Shown: piece after piece, positions 35,424-47,100 of the stretch
Layout of the letters: every line of letters begins with the position of its first letter
Numbering within the stretch: the stretch's first letter is position 1
Assembly: GCA_964019335.1 (NCBI GenBank)
Contig: OZ025755.1
Location: 218,263 to 282,262 of the forward strand
Length of the DNA stretch: 64,000 bases
Direction of reading: 5' to 3'
Origin: Diplonema japonicum
Lineage: Eukaryota; Protista; Euglenozoa: Diplonemea
Made by a program: the position numbers and the translations under genes
The notes under the pieces: model-generated
Told to the model about the DNA's origin: nothing
The model's database searches: none
The model's input: the letters and a program-made list of their open reading frames with translations, nothing else

Positions 35424-38400
35424 TTAAAAAAGCCTGGTTTCACCACCTTTTGGGTTCTGCAGTAGACAGCCGAACTATTTATTTTTTATAAAAAAAAAGA
35501 AAAAAAATCCCACCCCCACCACCACATACCTTCAAGGTCCCTTCCAACTTCTCTCCGTCTGGCGTGAACAGGACGCCTGCCTGTATTCGCCCGCCGTACG
35601 CGATTCCTTCGAAATACATCCCAGACTGCAGGTAAGCCGATCCATATCCATGAGGGACATTACCATTGACAGTAGGGCCCGTCCAAAGCAGACCCTTGTG
35701 AAAGACCCCAATGAGGGGGTTGCTGGGAGGGTGAGGGAAAGCAGTTAAATTAGAAGCTGTGATGGGCTGCGCTTGCAGGGATTTGTGAAAATTCGCGTAT
35801 TGAGCAGGCCGAGGGACGTCCAGGAGGTACTTCAGCCCATGTGAGTTCGAGCTGAATGCAACTTGCGTCGCACTGCTAATCGTGTTCGGGGATCGCAACT
35901 GCAACGAGTCTATTGGTATTCTCCTTGACACCTTCGCCTCTCCTTCTTCGCCTTCATCATCCGTCTGCTCTGTGTACTCTGGGATGTTGGGGAATGTCAC
36001 CTTTGCCCAGCCGTGTGCTAGGGTGTTCACGAAATGCCCGTTGCAAATCACCCCGGTTTGGTATTTTATCATGGAAAACCCACGCAGCTCGCCGTCGCTG
36101 AAGCTCCCTGTCAAGGTCGACCCTCCTATGTAGTCCTTCGTGCCCTTCCCGTTCAGCATCCAGTCCTTGAATTCACCCCTCCATCTTATATTTTCCTTTG
36201 TCAGGCTCTCGTCGGTGTACATAACGGTGTGGCAGTCTTCGCCCTCAAGGGTCACACCTGTGTCGGACCACGTGTAGCTTCCGGTGAGGCGGACTTTGGC
36301 TTCTGGGAGGGACATTGTGCCTTCAGCGAGTCTTTTCACGTTGTGGGTGAAGACGCCTTGTTCTGTGATGGAACACCCTTCGACTGTCCGTGTGCCTTGA
36401 ACCATGATGCCTTCCACGAAGTCGCCGACCCATCGCTCCGTGGGGGTTAAGGAGTTGATGATCGCGGAGCCTTTGCCAGACAGCTGCCCTTCCTTGGTCC
36501 GCAGCTCGTAGATGTTCCCGTTGCACGTCATGCACTGTATGTTGTCGGTGGGCCTGCCTTGTTCGTCACGTTTGCCCTCAAGCAGGATGTATGATTCTTT
36601 CTTTGTTTTCCCGTAGTTTTCAATTGGGGCCTGGTGGTGGATCCCATCCGGGCCCATGAGCTCGACAAGGCCTTCCGGGCAGAAGGACGAGTTGAACTGT
36701 CCCTCCACCTTCGTCCCCTCGAAGTAAAAAAGCTTCCCGTGCCCCATGGGAACCCCTCCGCAGAAGTTCCCCTTGAAGACCCAACCCTCGTCTGCATAGC
36801 CGTACGCGGCAGGCCCGTGGAGCTTTCCGTTCATCCATTCCCCTTTGCAGGCGAAGTTCAGACGTATCTCAAGACCGCTGCCATGTCGTTGCCCTGCAGA
36901 CCAACTACCTTCGTAGTAACCGGTTTGGGAAGGATAGATGAGGATTCCATGTCCATGGGGTTTGCCTTTCTTCGTTTCACCGGAGTAACACCCGGAGGGC
37001 AGCATGAGCGTGATGCTAGGGGGTCGGGATGGCTTGAAGATAGATGGTCGTTTCTCCAGCTCAACAGCGTTGAGGACGCGGAGGGAGACGGAGAGGGAAC
37101 CACCCCCGCGAAGGGAGTCTTCCGTGAGGACGTCCTCTGAATCGAGGAATGTGTTGTTCATTGAGTTGTTCGTCGACTGCGGTGCAGGCTTCGTGTAAGC
37201 AGTGATGATGTCGGACACCCAGTTCTGCTTTGCAGTTGCTAGGCGGTCGCGCTCTGTTGTCGCCTCGGTGATCCGCTGCCGGATCAACCTGATGGCCTTG
37301 CGTGTTGCGCACCGCTTCTGCTCGTATTTCACGTAGTTCGACTCCATCTTCATCATCATCCAGTTGTGGATCACATATTGCACTGCATGGTAGTGGTGCA
37401 CGCTCCAGAACGACGGATCGAACTTCTCCCCCGACGCAAGGGACTGGATCGCCTGCCTGATGTCGATGGAGAACACCTTCAGCGACAGCGTCATCACAAC
37501 ATCCATGTATCGAACCCGCATGTGCTTGTCAAGAGGGATCAACATCGATCGCAACTGTTTCTGCGTGCACAGGAAATCAGAGGACCTGCCCATGCCCATC
37601 AGAGCACTCATGGAAAACGGCGACGACAGCCACAATGGTTCGGGTAGCTTCTGCAATATCCGAATCAACGCGTCTGCCGAGGCCAGTCCCGTGCCTCCTG
37701 GGTCTTCCTTGATCCACTCTTCCTTTAGGATATCGAAGGCTTCGAGGTCACGTGTCGATTCTTGCAAACCGCGTGCTCGTTTTTCATCTTCAAAGTGCTC
37801 TATCAAGACGTACACGAACAGGTTCAGAAAGATGAAGCAGCCTAGCAGCAAGAACAGTACGAAGTAAGCCCTTGCCACGCCTGTCGAGACACCGCAGTCG
37901 TCTGTGCAGCCAACGACGTCCTCAGTGGTGCCGACCATCATGTCGTTCCAGCCCTCTGTGGTGGACACCTGGTAGAGGGTCACGAGTGCCTTGTACAGGT
38001 TGTCGAAGTTGGACCATCTGTTGAAGTCCTTCGAAATGGCGATCCGCCCAAAGAGGTCCACGCCGAACACACCGAACACGAAAAACACTACAAACAGCAA
38101 CACAGCGATGTTCATGAGTGACGGCAGGGCAGACATCATCGTGGCGACGATGGTCTTGAGACCCTCGGCCCTTCCCAGCAGACGGAGCATCCTCCCCACT
38201 CGCAGGACGCGAATACCAGAGGTGGAGGCTGTGGAGGACAGGGCGGCGACAAGGCTGACCACCACAATGAGGAAGTCAAACCTGTTCCAACCGTCCTTGA
38301 AGTAGTAGATGGAAAAGGCCATGATCTTAAAGACAGCCTCAAAGGTGAAGGCCACCACGAAGAACCAGTTCGCTATGAACAAAAAATCCGTCATCCCAGA

Positions 38401-41400
38401 CGACTGGCCCTCATGCTGCAGTGCAAGCGTGATGGAGTTCAACACAATGAGCGTAGTGGTCACCATCTCAAACTCCTTTCTGCACGCAATGTAGTGCACC
38501 CAACTAAGTATCCATGACTTCTGCACACATGCTGGCTGAGGGAGGTACCCGTCCCTGATGCTGGCGTGTAGCAGTACACGTTGGGCTTGTTGCCAGTTTC
38601 TCTGTGCATCTGTTAACAGCAGTCGGTTTTTCCCTTGTTTCTCCTTCGTGATCGCGAAGCTTTGGATCAGAACACCAATGAACAGGTTCACGAAGAAGAA
38701 CTGCCCCAGCACGATGAACGCCACAAAGAACACTGCACCGTATGGATTGGAGTTCAACCGCGGCCCCCTCCCTGGCCCCGGGGCATCCATCGTCCTGTAC
38801 ATCATCTCGCGCCACTTCTCACCGACTGAGATCTGGAAGAGGGTGAACATGCTCTCGAAGACGTCGTCGAAGGTGAACCAGATGGGTCCCCAGGATGCCT
38901 CTGCCTGGACGTAGGAGACCCCGAAGGCCTCGCGCACCTCCATCATGTAGGTCCCGTTGCAGGCCTCTTCTGTCCGGATCGCAGGGTTGGAGCACTCGTA
39001 CAGCGCTCCCTTGAAGAGGGACACCCCGACAATGGCGAAGATGAACCACACCATCGTCGACACGAAGATCACGTTCTGAATGGACGGCATCGCCGACATC
39101 ACCGCAGTCAGCACCACCTTCATCTCAGGGGAGCCCGAGGTAACTAGGCGCAGGATGCGCAGCGACCGGAAGCTCCGCAGCGTCGGCACGAACAACCCGA
39201 TAACTGAGGTCACCACAACCACAGCGTCGATCACGTTCCACTTGTCGTTGAAAAACCCGCACCACCCCCACGCCAGGATCTTCGTCACCATCTCCAACGA
39301 GAACAGCGACACGAACACAAAGTCCCCTACCCGCAGCACCCGGTACAGGCCAGGCTGGTTGTCCTCCACAGACGGGTTGTCAACCGCAATGAAGATCAGG
39401 TTGATAACAATCACCACAAGTACCATCAGGTCGAAGTAGGTCCATGTAACTACCTTTAGGGCATACTGACGAAGAATGTTCGGTGCTGCACAGCAGCAGT
39501 CGGGATCTGTGTCCTCACCGGGGCTTGAGAACCTTGCGAGGATGCTGTCCAGGTTGCCAACCTTTTTGTTGAACTCTGCAAACTTGAGGTTCTCGAAAGG
39601 CTGCGGCGGGATCTCAACGATCTTGCCGTGCTCTTCGCCTGGCGGGAAGAGGGTCGACCTGCCAACGATTGTCTTGGCTTTCTTCTGGACCTGGACAGAC
39701 GCTTTGGTCAGCCCCGACATGCTCCAGACGGAGAGTCGTCGTTCACGGCGTTTCTTTGTACAGAAGGAGGAACCGGCAGATCCCATCTGCATGGAGACGG
39801 CGAAGAGATGCTTTTCGTCTTCAAAGGCGGAGGACCTCCTGTCGGCGCCGAGGAAGCCGTTCTTGTAAGAGAAGGGAAGGGTCACGTCCCCTGGTGAGGA
39901 CACGGTGTCGGGAAGCTTGAGGACGTCAAGGTCGGGCTCGATGTCCAGTGTCGCGCTGGAGGCAGCGGGGCGCAGTGTCTGCTTGCCGCTCTTGTTGTGC
40001 TCTTCATCCGTCGCGCTTTCTATTTCTAGACAGAAGTCAGGATCGCTTCTGACCTGCGGGATTGCCACCACCTCCCCATCGGTGGTCTTCGCTTTCTGTT
40101 GCGTATCTTGGTCTCTGTCTGTCACGTTGTCCTTCGCCGCGTCATAGATGGGTTCGTGCTGGTGTACGCCAGGTTGGATCCCGTTCTCTCCTCTGTTGTT
40201 GGATTCTGCGACTATCTTTTTCGGACGGCAGCAGTCCCAGATCCCTTCGCCCCCTTGTACCTCGTCTTCTCCTGCAAAATTGTCGATCAAGATTGCGATG
40301 AACAGGTTCAGTAAAATGTAGTTCCCCAGCAGGAACAGCGTCACGAAGTACGCGATCGCCGCTGCTCCGGTTCGTTGCACAGTCTCCTTCATGATCTGTG
40401 CCCAGCTCTCGCCTGTCACGACCACGAACACCGTCAGCGTTGAGGCACCGAGGTTCTCGAACCCACACCGTCCATTGTCGTCCTTGCACGCGAAGAGCTG
40501 CACCCCCATCACAGAGTAGATGAACAGGAACAACATCACAATGATGCTGAGGTACCCAACGTCGATGACCGCATTGCTGATTTGCTTCAGGATGATGTTC
40601 AAGCCCCGCCATTTCTTTGCAAGCCGGAAAACTCTTGCGAGCCTGAAGCCGCGCAGGGCAGATGCCCCTGACCCACCACCCGTGGGCGAGGGATGCGTAA
40701 TGATCTCCGGAATGGATACCAAAACCAGCAGGAAGTCGAAGGTGTTGTAGTTGTCAGAAAAATACAATTCAGGTGTCATCCCGACCATCTTGATGATGGC
40801 TTCAATAATAAAAATGAAGGTGGACACATAGTTGATCCAGTAGATGGTGTCGAGCCAAGTGCTGCCGATGGTGTAGTGGTCGGTGCCGAGGGCGATGATG
40901 TTGATGATGGTGACCATGACAACCAAAATGTTGAAGGCCTTATGCTTGCTCAGTTTGAACAACGTGTTACCCAAGGTTCCTTCTTCGTAGTACCCCACCT
41001 TGCGCAGTCGGCGTATTCTTTCTCTGTTTAGCAACAGTTTCCTTGCACCAGGGGAGCCAGGGAGGTCGACTGGAGCATCATCATACATACTGCTTTGTAT
41101 CTCCTGTATCGCATCGTCTGCCTCTTGAAGTGCGCTGAGATCGTCGATTGACGTTTGCAGCTGGCTCATGTCAAGTCCGTCTGGCGCCCCGTCTGACCTT
41201 CGCGAAACGCCCAGGTTGTTCTCCATCATTCTTGGTGAGAAGAATTGGGAGCCTTCCGACTGGGTTCCTGTGCTGTTCTTTTCATCACTCTCTGAGCTCG
41301 GTTTTGTGCTTTGAACGGGGGACTCTAATTTCCCCCCCGACAGTGGGCTCAAGCTTGCCTCGCTGGCCTTTAGGTCCGGGCTCTTGATCCACTCGTCGCC

Positions 41401-43296
41401 TTCGAACTCATCACCGTCAACACCGTACTCCCCTTCGTCCAGGTCCTCTTCAGCAGCCGCTTCTTCCACCATGATAGGCATGGCCACCACAAGTAAGGGA
41501 TGCGCTGCCGACGCTGCTATGAATGTTGCTGGGGACAGCCGCTCCAGCACCGGCTTCGCTGTGACCATCTTGTTGTCTCGTTCGTGTGAGTACACGGAGG
41601 ACAGCATCGCAAGGATCAAGTTTACAGCGAAGACGTTTCCAAGAAGAGTGCAGAGGAAGAAGTAGATCCAAGCGATGTGGCCGTTGGCGTCTTGGACGTC
41701 CTTCATGTCGTCGGGCCAGTCATCCAGAGACATGAGCTTGAAGGTGAGGAGGAGGGAGCTGAAGATGTTGTCGAAGTTCAGGACCTCGCGCTTGTAGGTG
41801 CCCTCGCGGATGATGCAGCTCTGTCGGACGCCGAGGCCGTTCGTGGAGCAGGAGCGCCCGCTCCCGCAGGTCTCGGTGTCGTTGAAGACCAACCAGGGGC
41901 GGGAGTTGTAGTCCCCCGTCACGTCGTAGGTGGTCTCGCTGTCCCCTTGGGTCGAGAAGAAGGTTGCGTTCACGGTCCCCTCCCACGGGGGGTCCAAGTA
42001 GCACCGTTGATGGAAGTCTCCAGAAAAGAGCTGTATCCCCAGAATGGCGAAGACCCACATGAGGAGGAAGAACAGGAGGAAGATGTCGATGGCGAGCGGG
42101 AGCGCCGAGGCGAGTGTCGCCATCAGCTGCCGCAACTCCTTCACCCGGTTCATCGTGCGCAAGGGTCGCAGGCACCGCAGCAGCCGAAGCGCCGTGAAGT
42201 TCCCAGACCCCGCCGCCAACGCCGCATACCCAGACAGCACGATCAGGAAGTCCAACCGGTTCCAGAAGGGGACAGGGTCAGACCGCAAATACGACCCGGG
42301 GTGCATCACAAACCCGAGAGCCAGGATCTTCAAAACCATCTCGATCGTGAAGAGCGCCTGGAAAGTGATCTCGGACACCGAGGTCACCTCCTGCAGCCAG
42401 TCCACGTCGTTGAACAGCGGGTCGTCCAGCACAAGCGCGAACCCGTTCAGAATGATCAGCAGCAGCACACCCCTGTCGAACCACACATTGTCAATGACGT
42501 GGATGAGGGACATACGGAAGGCGGAGCGGGGGTGGATGAAGTACAGCACGTTGTCCACCACGTTGTAAGGGAATTCGGACTCTTCGCCGTTACGGCTACG
42601 GCGGGTCTCCCCGAGCACCTGCTGGCACATAGTGCGCTTGATCTCGTGCGTCTTGTACCTCGAAAGGGGCGGACGGTACTCACGGCGGAATGTACAGGAC
42701 TTGCTGGAGTCGGTGATGTCGAGGTGGAGTGTGTTGTTGGACACAGCATGCACGATGCAGGGGACCCATGTTGCTTCACCGCATTCATTGGGGGGGCCTT
42801 GGAGGACGCCCTCTGTAGAGGACCCCACGGGAGGGACCGTGCTGGTTCGCCATATAATGGACTTATCTATGTCATTGTGGATGGCGATGAGGCCGCCTTG
42901 GTAGATGCTGAGGTGGTGGGAGCGGTGTTCGAACCCACCGGGGCCTGTGAAGAGGTCGCTGCATGACCACTCACCGAAGAAGTCTTCCCGTGTGTACCGC
43001 GACCACTCGGGGTCCGTGTTGGGGCCGGCACCGTGTCTCTTGAAGTGGCAGCGGACCTCTTTGTTGGAATGCTTCCCGCCACGAAATGTGAATCCCAAGA
43101 GTTTTGGGTCGCTTCGTACTATCTCGATAGCGTGCTCTATGGTGTACATCCCACTTCGGCTGTCCTCATGTCCAGAACACAGGCCGCCTATGCTGTACTG
43201 TAGCTCGTCAGTTGCCGATTTGAACATGGGCATGACGGAGCCCCTGCGCTTACGCATCACCTTGCCTTCTTCTCCATTGTGAGCAGCGGCGGGCAT
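35424..43296 (-). CDS. Four-domain voltage-gated Ca2+-type channel alpha subunit A with C-terminal MORN repeats; join(35530..43296,35424..35474), ~2605 aa
   Basis: Four 6-TM repeats with S4 segments (LRLLRCLRPLR; LRGFRLARVFR; LRSFRSLRILR; IRVLRVGRMLR); pore loops SLDDW, TGESW, VGEKW, TTEGW; EF-hand-like EDPGGTG; MORN-like YSGETKKGKPHGHG, YYEGSWSAGQRHGSG. First ATG at 43296. Confidence 0.93.
35475..35529 (-). other. 55-nt GT-AG intron near the 3' end of channel A
   Basis: AAG|GTATGT...AAATAAATAG|TTC; gives terminal exon FGCLLQNPKGGETRLF*. Confidence 0.75.
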
Positions 43297-44191
43297 GTCC
43301 GCAGCAGGGCACACTCAAGAGAAGTGGAGAAGAGAAGGAAAAAAAAGAAAAAAGGGGAAAAAAAAAGAGAGAGAAAAGAAAAAACACGTACGGACGGAAG
43401 GACCTGAACTATTCCCGAAGAAAAGAAATATAAATAAATAAAAAAAAAGGAAGAAAGAAAGAAACGAAGAAAAGGCTACCCTACTCTTATTAACCGATAT
43501 ATTATCTCATGCATTTTTTCAACGAGGTGAGGGGAGGGGGGTGGGTAGCGCACTGTGAAGGTTTTTTTTTTTTTTTTTTTTTTTTTTGACCAGCAAATAT
43601 GAGAAGAAAAAAAAAAGCGACATAATAAAAGTAATAAGAGAAGCAAGAATATATAAGTTGTGTATTGGGAGAGGAGAGGTTACCTTTTTTAATTTGTTCA
43701 ATTGAAGAAAAAAAAATCTTGAACTCGCCTTAATGACTAGCGACCTCTGTTCCTAAGCGTAATAACAGAGGAAGTGAAAAATACCTTTCTTCCTGGTTAT
43801 GTACATTTCTCCTTCTTTATGGTTATATGTCTTTGTTGTTCGCACGAGCAAAAAAAAGTTTTTAAAGTTGCGAAGGTTTTTTTGCTCGGCACAAGTTGCA
43901 TATAGTTATAAACTCATTTTTTTTTTTTGAAAGATAAATATTTGTAACAAAAAGAAAAAAAAAGGAAGAAAAAAAAAATAAAAAAAGTTTAAACGGCTCA
44001 TTTCCTTTCCCCCATGGAAATAGAGGTTGTGTTATTAAATAAAAAAAAACACAATGAGCACTAGAACTACTTTCCTTTTTTTTTTCTTCTTCCCTTAGCA
44101 AAAAGAAGATTATAAGGCTAAATGGCTGCTTGTCAGGTACCCTAGCAGGACCTACTTGGTTTCTTCGTTTTTATTTTCCTTTTTTTCTTTT

Positions 44192-47100
44192 TTAAGTATC
44201 ACTGGGCCTTCGAATTGAATAACCGAGGTCAGTTGTGGCACAACAGTGAGGGCGGTATGTCAGATTCATCGAATCATCCTGTTTTTTTTTTTTTCTTTTT
44301 TCTTTTTTTTTCCCTCCCACCGGAAACAAACATACCACAACAATAGAAATTTTCCCATCAGGAGATGACAGTCTGCCTGTGTTAGGGAACCCCATGATAA
44401 CATCACCTTCAAAGAGCTCTCCTGTTTGGAGGAGGCCCTTGCCCTTTCCGTTGGGTGTACCCTGCACACCCACCTCTCCCTCCCATATGAACCCTGAAAG
44501 GAAGAAGCCTTGGGTGGTGAGGTCTGGTGACGAGATCACACCCCACCCTTCAGCCTTCCCGTTCACCATCCTCCCGTTGAAGTGCACCCCCGTCTCTAAG
44601 TAGTGTACGGTGCAGAACCCGTTCAGAGCTTGGTTTTCGAACCTGCCTTGTTCCGTCCTGTCTTTTAGCTTCCGTGTTCCTTCCTTTATCTCATAGTTGT
44701 CGAAGGTGCCTGTCCAGTCTTCCATTAAGTGGCCGTATCGTAGCCACGTAGCCCTCTCGACCTCGCCGTTGTTCACTTCGTACGCCACAATGGACCCCGT
44801 CTCCCGCACCTCTAGTACGCCGTCCACGAGCATGCCATCCTTGAAAGTCCCTATCTCTTTGAAGGCCAGCCCGTCGATGGCTCGCACGCCCTGTACAAGC
44901 GCACCGTCCTGGAAGACGCCCTCCCACAGCTCCAACGGCGACAATGAGTTTATGGATGCGGTGCCCTTCCCGGACAGCCGTCCGCCCTCTGTCTCGATGT
45001 TGTAGATGTTCCCGTTGCACGTCATGCACTCGATGGTCCCTGTCGGTCGGCCTTCTTCATTGCGTTCGCCTTGCAGGAGGACGTACGTCTCACGCCGCTT
45101 CCCGCCCCAGTAGTCGAAGGCGGCCTCCACGGGTGGTGAGAGAAAAGGTGCCGAGACCTTCCCCCGGACAGGTGCGAAGGAGCCGTCGAAGAAGCCTTCA
45201 ATGACAACGCCCGACAGGTGGCGCAGTGTGCCCTCTCCCACAGGCACGCCGTTTGAAAAAACCCCTTCGAAGAACAAGCCGTGCTTGGAGTCTCCCCAGT
45301 AGCCGCTTCCTTCCAGTCGGCCAGTCGACCAGCTGCCTTTGCACACGAACTGGTTCTTCACATGGATGCCAGTCCCATGCCGCTGCCCCATGTCCCAGTC
45401 GCCCGAGTAGTACCCGTCCCCGTTGTTCCTGACATACAACCCCGCACCGTGTGGCACGCCTTCTCGCAGCTCGCCGTAGTACTTCCCTTTATTCAGCACT
45501 GTGGTGACGTGCTTGACCTTGCGCTTTTTGAATATCGACGTGAAGTCTTTCAGATCCTGGTCGGTGTAGCTCTCCGGTGAGAAGTTCCGTTCCACGGGCG
45601 AGGTCACGCGCTCCAGGTGGAACCCTATGAAAGCTTGCCGCAGGATCACTTGTCTAGCTTCGTCTTGAACCGCTTCTGCGCACCAGTCACGCAGCTGCGT
45701 CGCAACCGTAGCGAGCAGGGAGGAAGTAACTGTTTGGCGCCGTTTTGTGATAGAGATCCTGTGGCGGTACCACTGTTGGGTGACGTAGAGGCAGGCGTGG
45801 TGGTGGTGGATGGACCACGCGTAAGAGTCGAAGGCGTACGGCGAGAAACCCGACTCCAGGCTGAGCACGTTCTGCAGCTTCACATCGAAGAGCTTGAGGC
45901 TGAGCGTCTTAACGACGTCCCTGTACTGCACCGTGAGGTCCTCGCTCAGGGGGATCAACATGGACCGCAGTTGGTGCTGCGTGCAAAGGAACTGCGACCT
46001 CTTCTTCGACACTTTCGCTCCTTCGAACATTGCAGCCACAGACCATGCTGACTTAAGCCACAGTGGCTCTGGAAGATCACGCACCACCTTGATGCACGAT
46101 TCAGCACTGATAATGCCTGTGCACTTCGGGTCCTCAAGCAACCATCGGTCCCGCAATGCCTGCAACGCCTCCTCGTACCCGTGGCCATTCTCGTGCGCCG
46201 TTTGTGAGACACCCTCCAATTCAAAGTGTTCTAGTAGCACAAACACAAATAGGTTCAGGAAGATGAAGACTCCCAACACCATGAATAGGCTGAAGAAGGC
46301 TCTTGCCACACTTCGCTCGACACCGTCCTCTTGTGAGACGGCGAGCATCATGTCGTTCCAGCCCTCTGTGGTGGACACCTGGTAGAGGGTCACGAGTGCC
46401 TTGTACAGGTTGTCGAAGTTGGACCATCTGTTGAAGTCCTTCGAAATGGCGATCCGCCCAAAGAGGTCCACGCCGAACACACCGAATATGAAGAAGACGA
46501 CGAACAAAAGCCCTGCGATGTTGATGAGCGACGGCAGGGCGTTGATGATGGTGCGTAGCACTTTTTGCAGAGTCTTCGCTCGCTTAAAGAGTCGGAGCAT
46601 CCTCCCCACTCGCAGCACGCGGATGCCAGAAGTGGAGGAGGCTGTGGAGGACAGGGCGAGGCCCACCACACTTGCAACCACAATGAGGAAGTCGAACCTG
46701 TTCCACCCCTCGCTGAAGTAGTGCATCGAGAAAATTGAGATTTTGAACGCAGCCTCCGCGGCAAAGATTAAGATGAAGATCCAGTTCGAGATGTAAAGGA
46801 AGTCCGTCATCCCAGTGGGCTGGTGGTAGTGCTGCAGGGCAAGGGTGATGGAGTTCAGCACGATAACTCCTGTGATGCCTGTCTCGAAGTGCGGGGACAT
46901 GACCACATCGTGGATCAATGGGAAATTGGCACCCATCCACGTGCGGTGTTTGGTGTAGTTCCTCTGTAGTTTCGTGTGCAGGATGACCTTCTGTGCACGT
47001 GCCCACTCGTACTGGTTGTCGGTCATGAACAGCTTCCTGTCGCACCCCTTCATCTCTGCGAAACTGTGTATCAGAACACCAATGAACAGGTTCACGAGGA

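Noticed and set aside
41677-42966. Long plus-strand ORFs (429 aa here; 321 aa at 49898-50863)
   Set aside because: Antisense shadows of GC3-rich channel coding sequence; no recognisable protein features.
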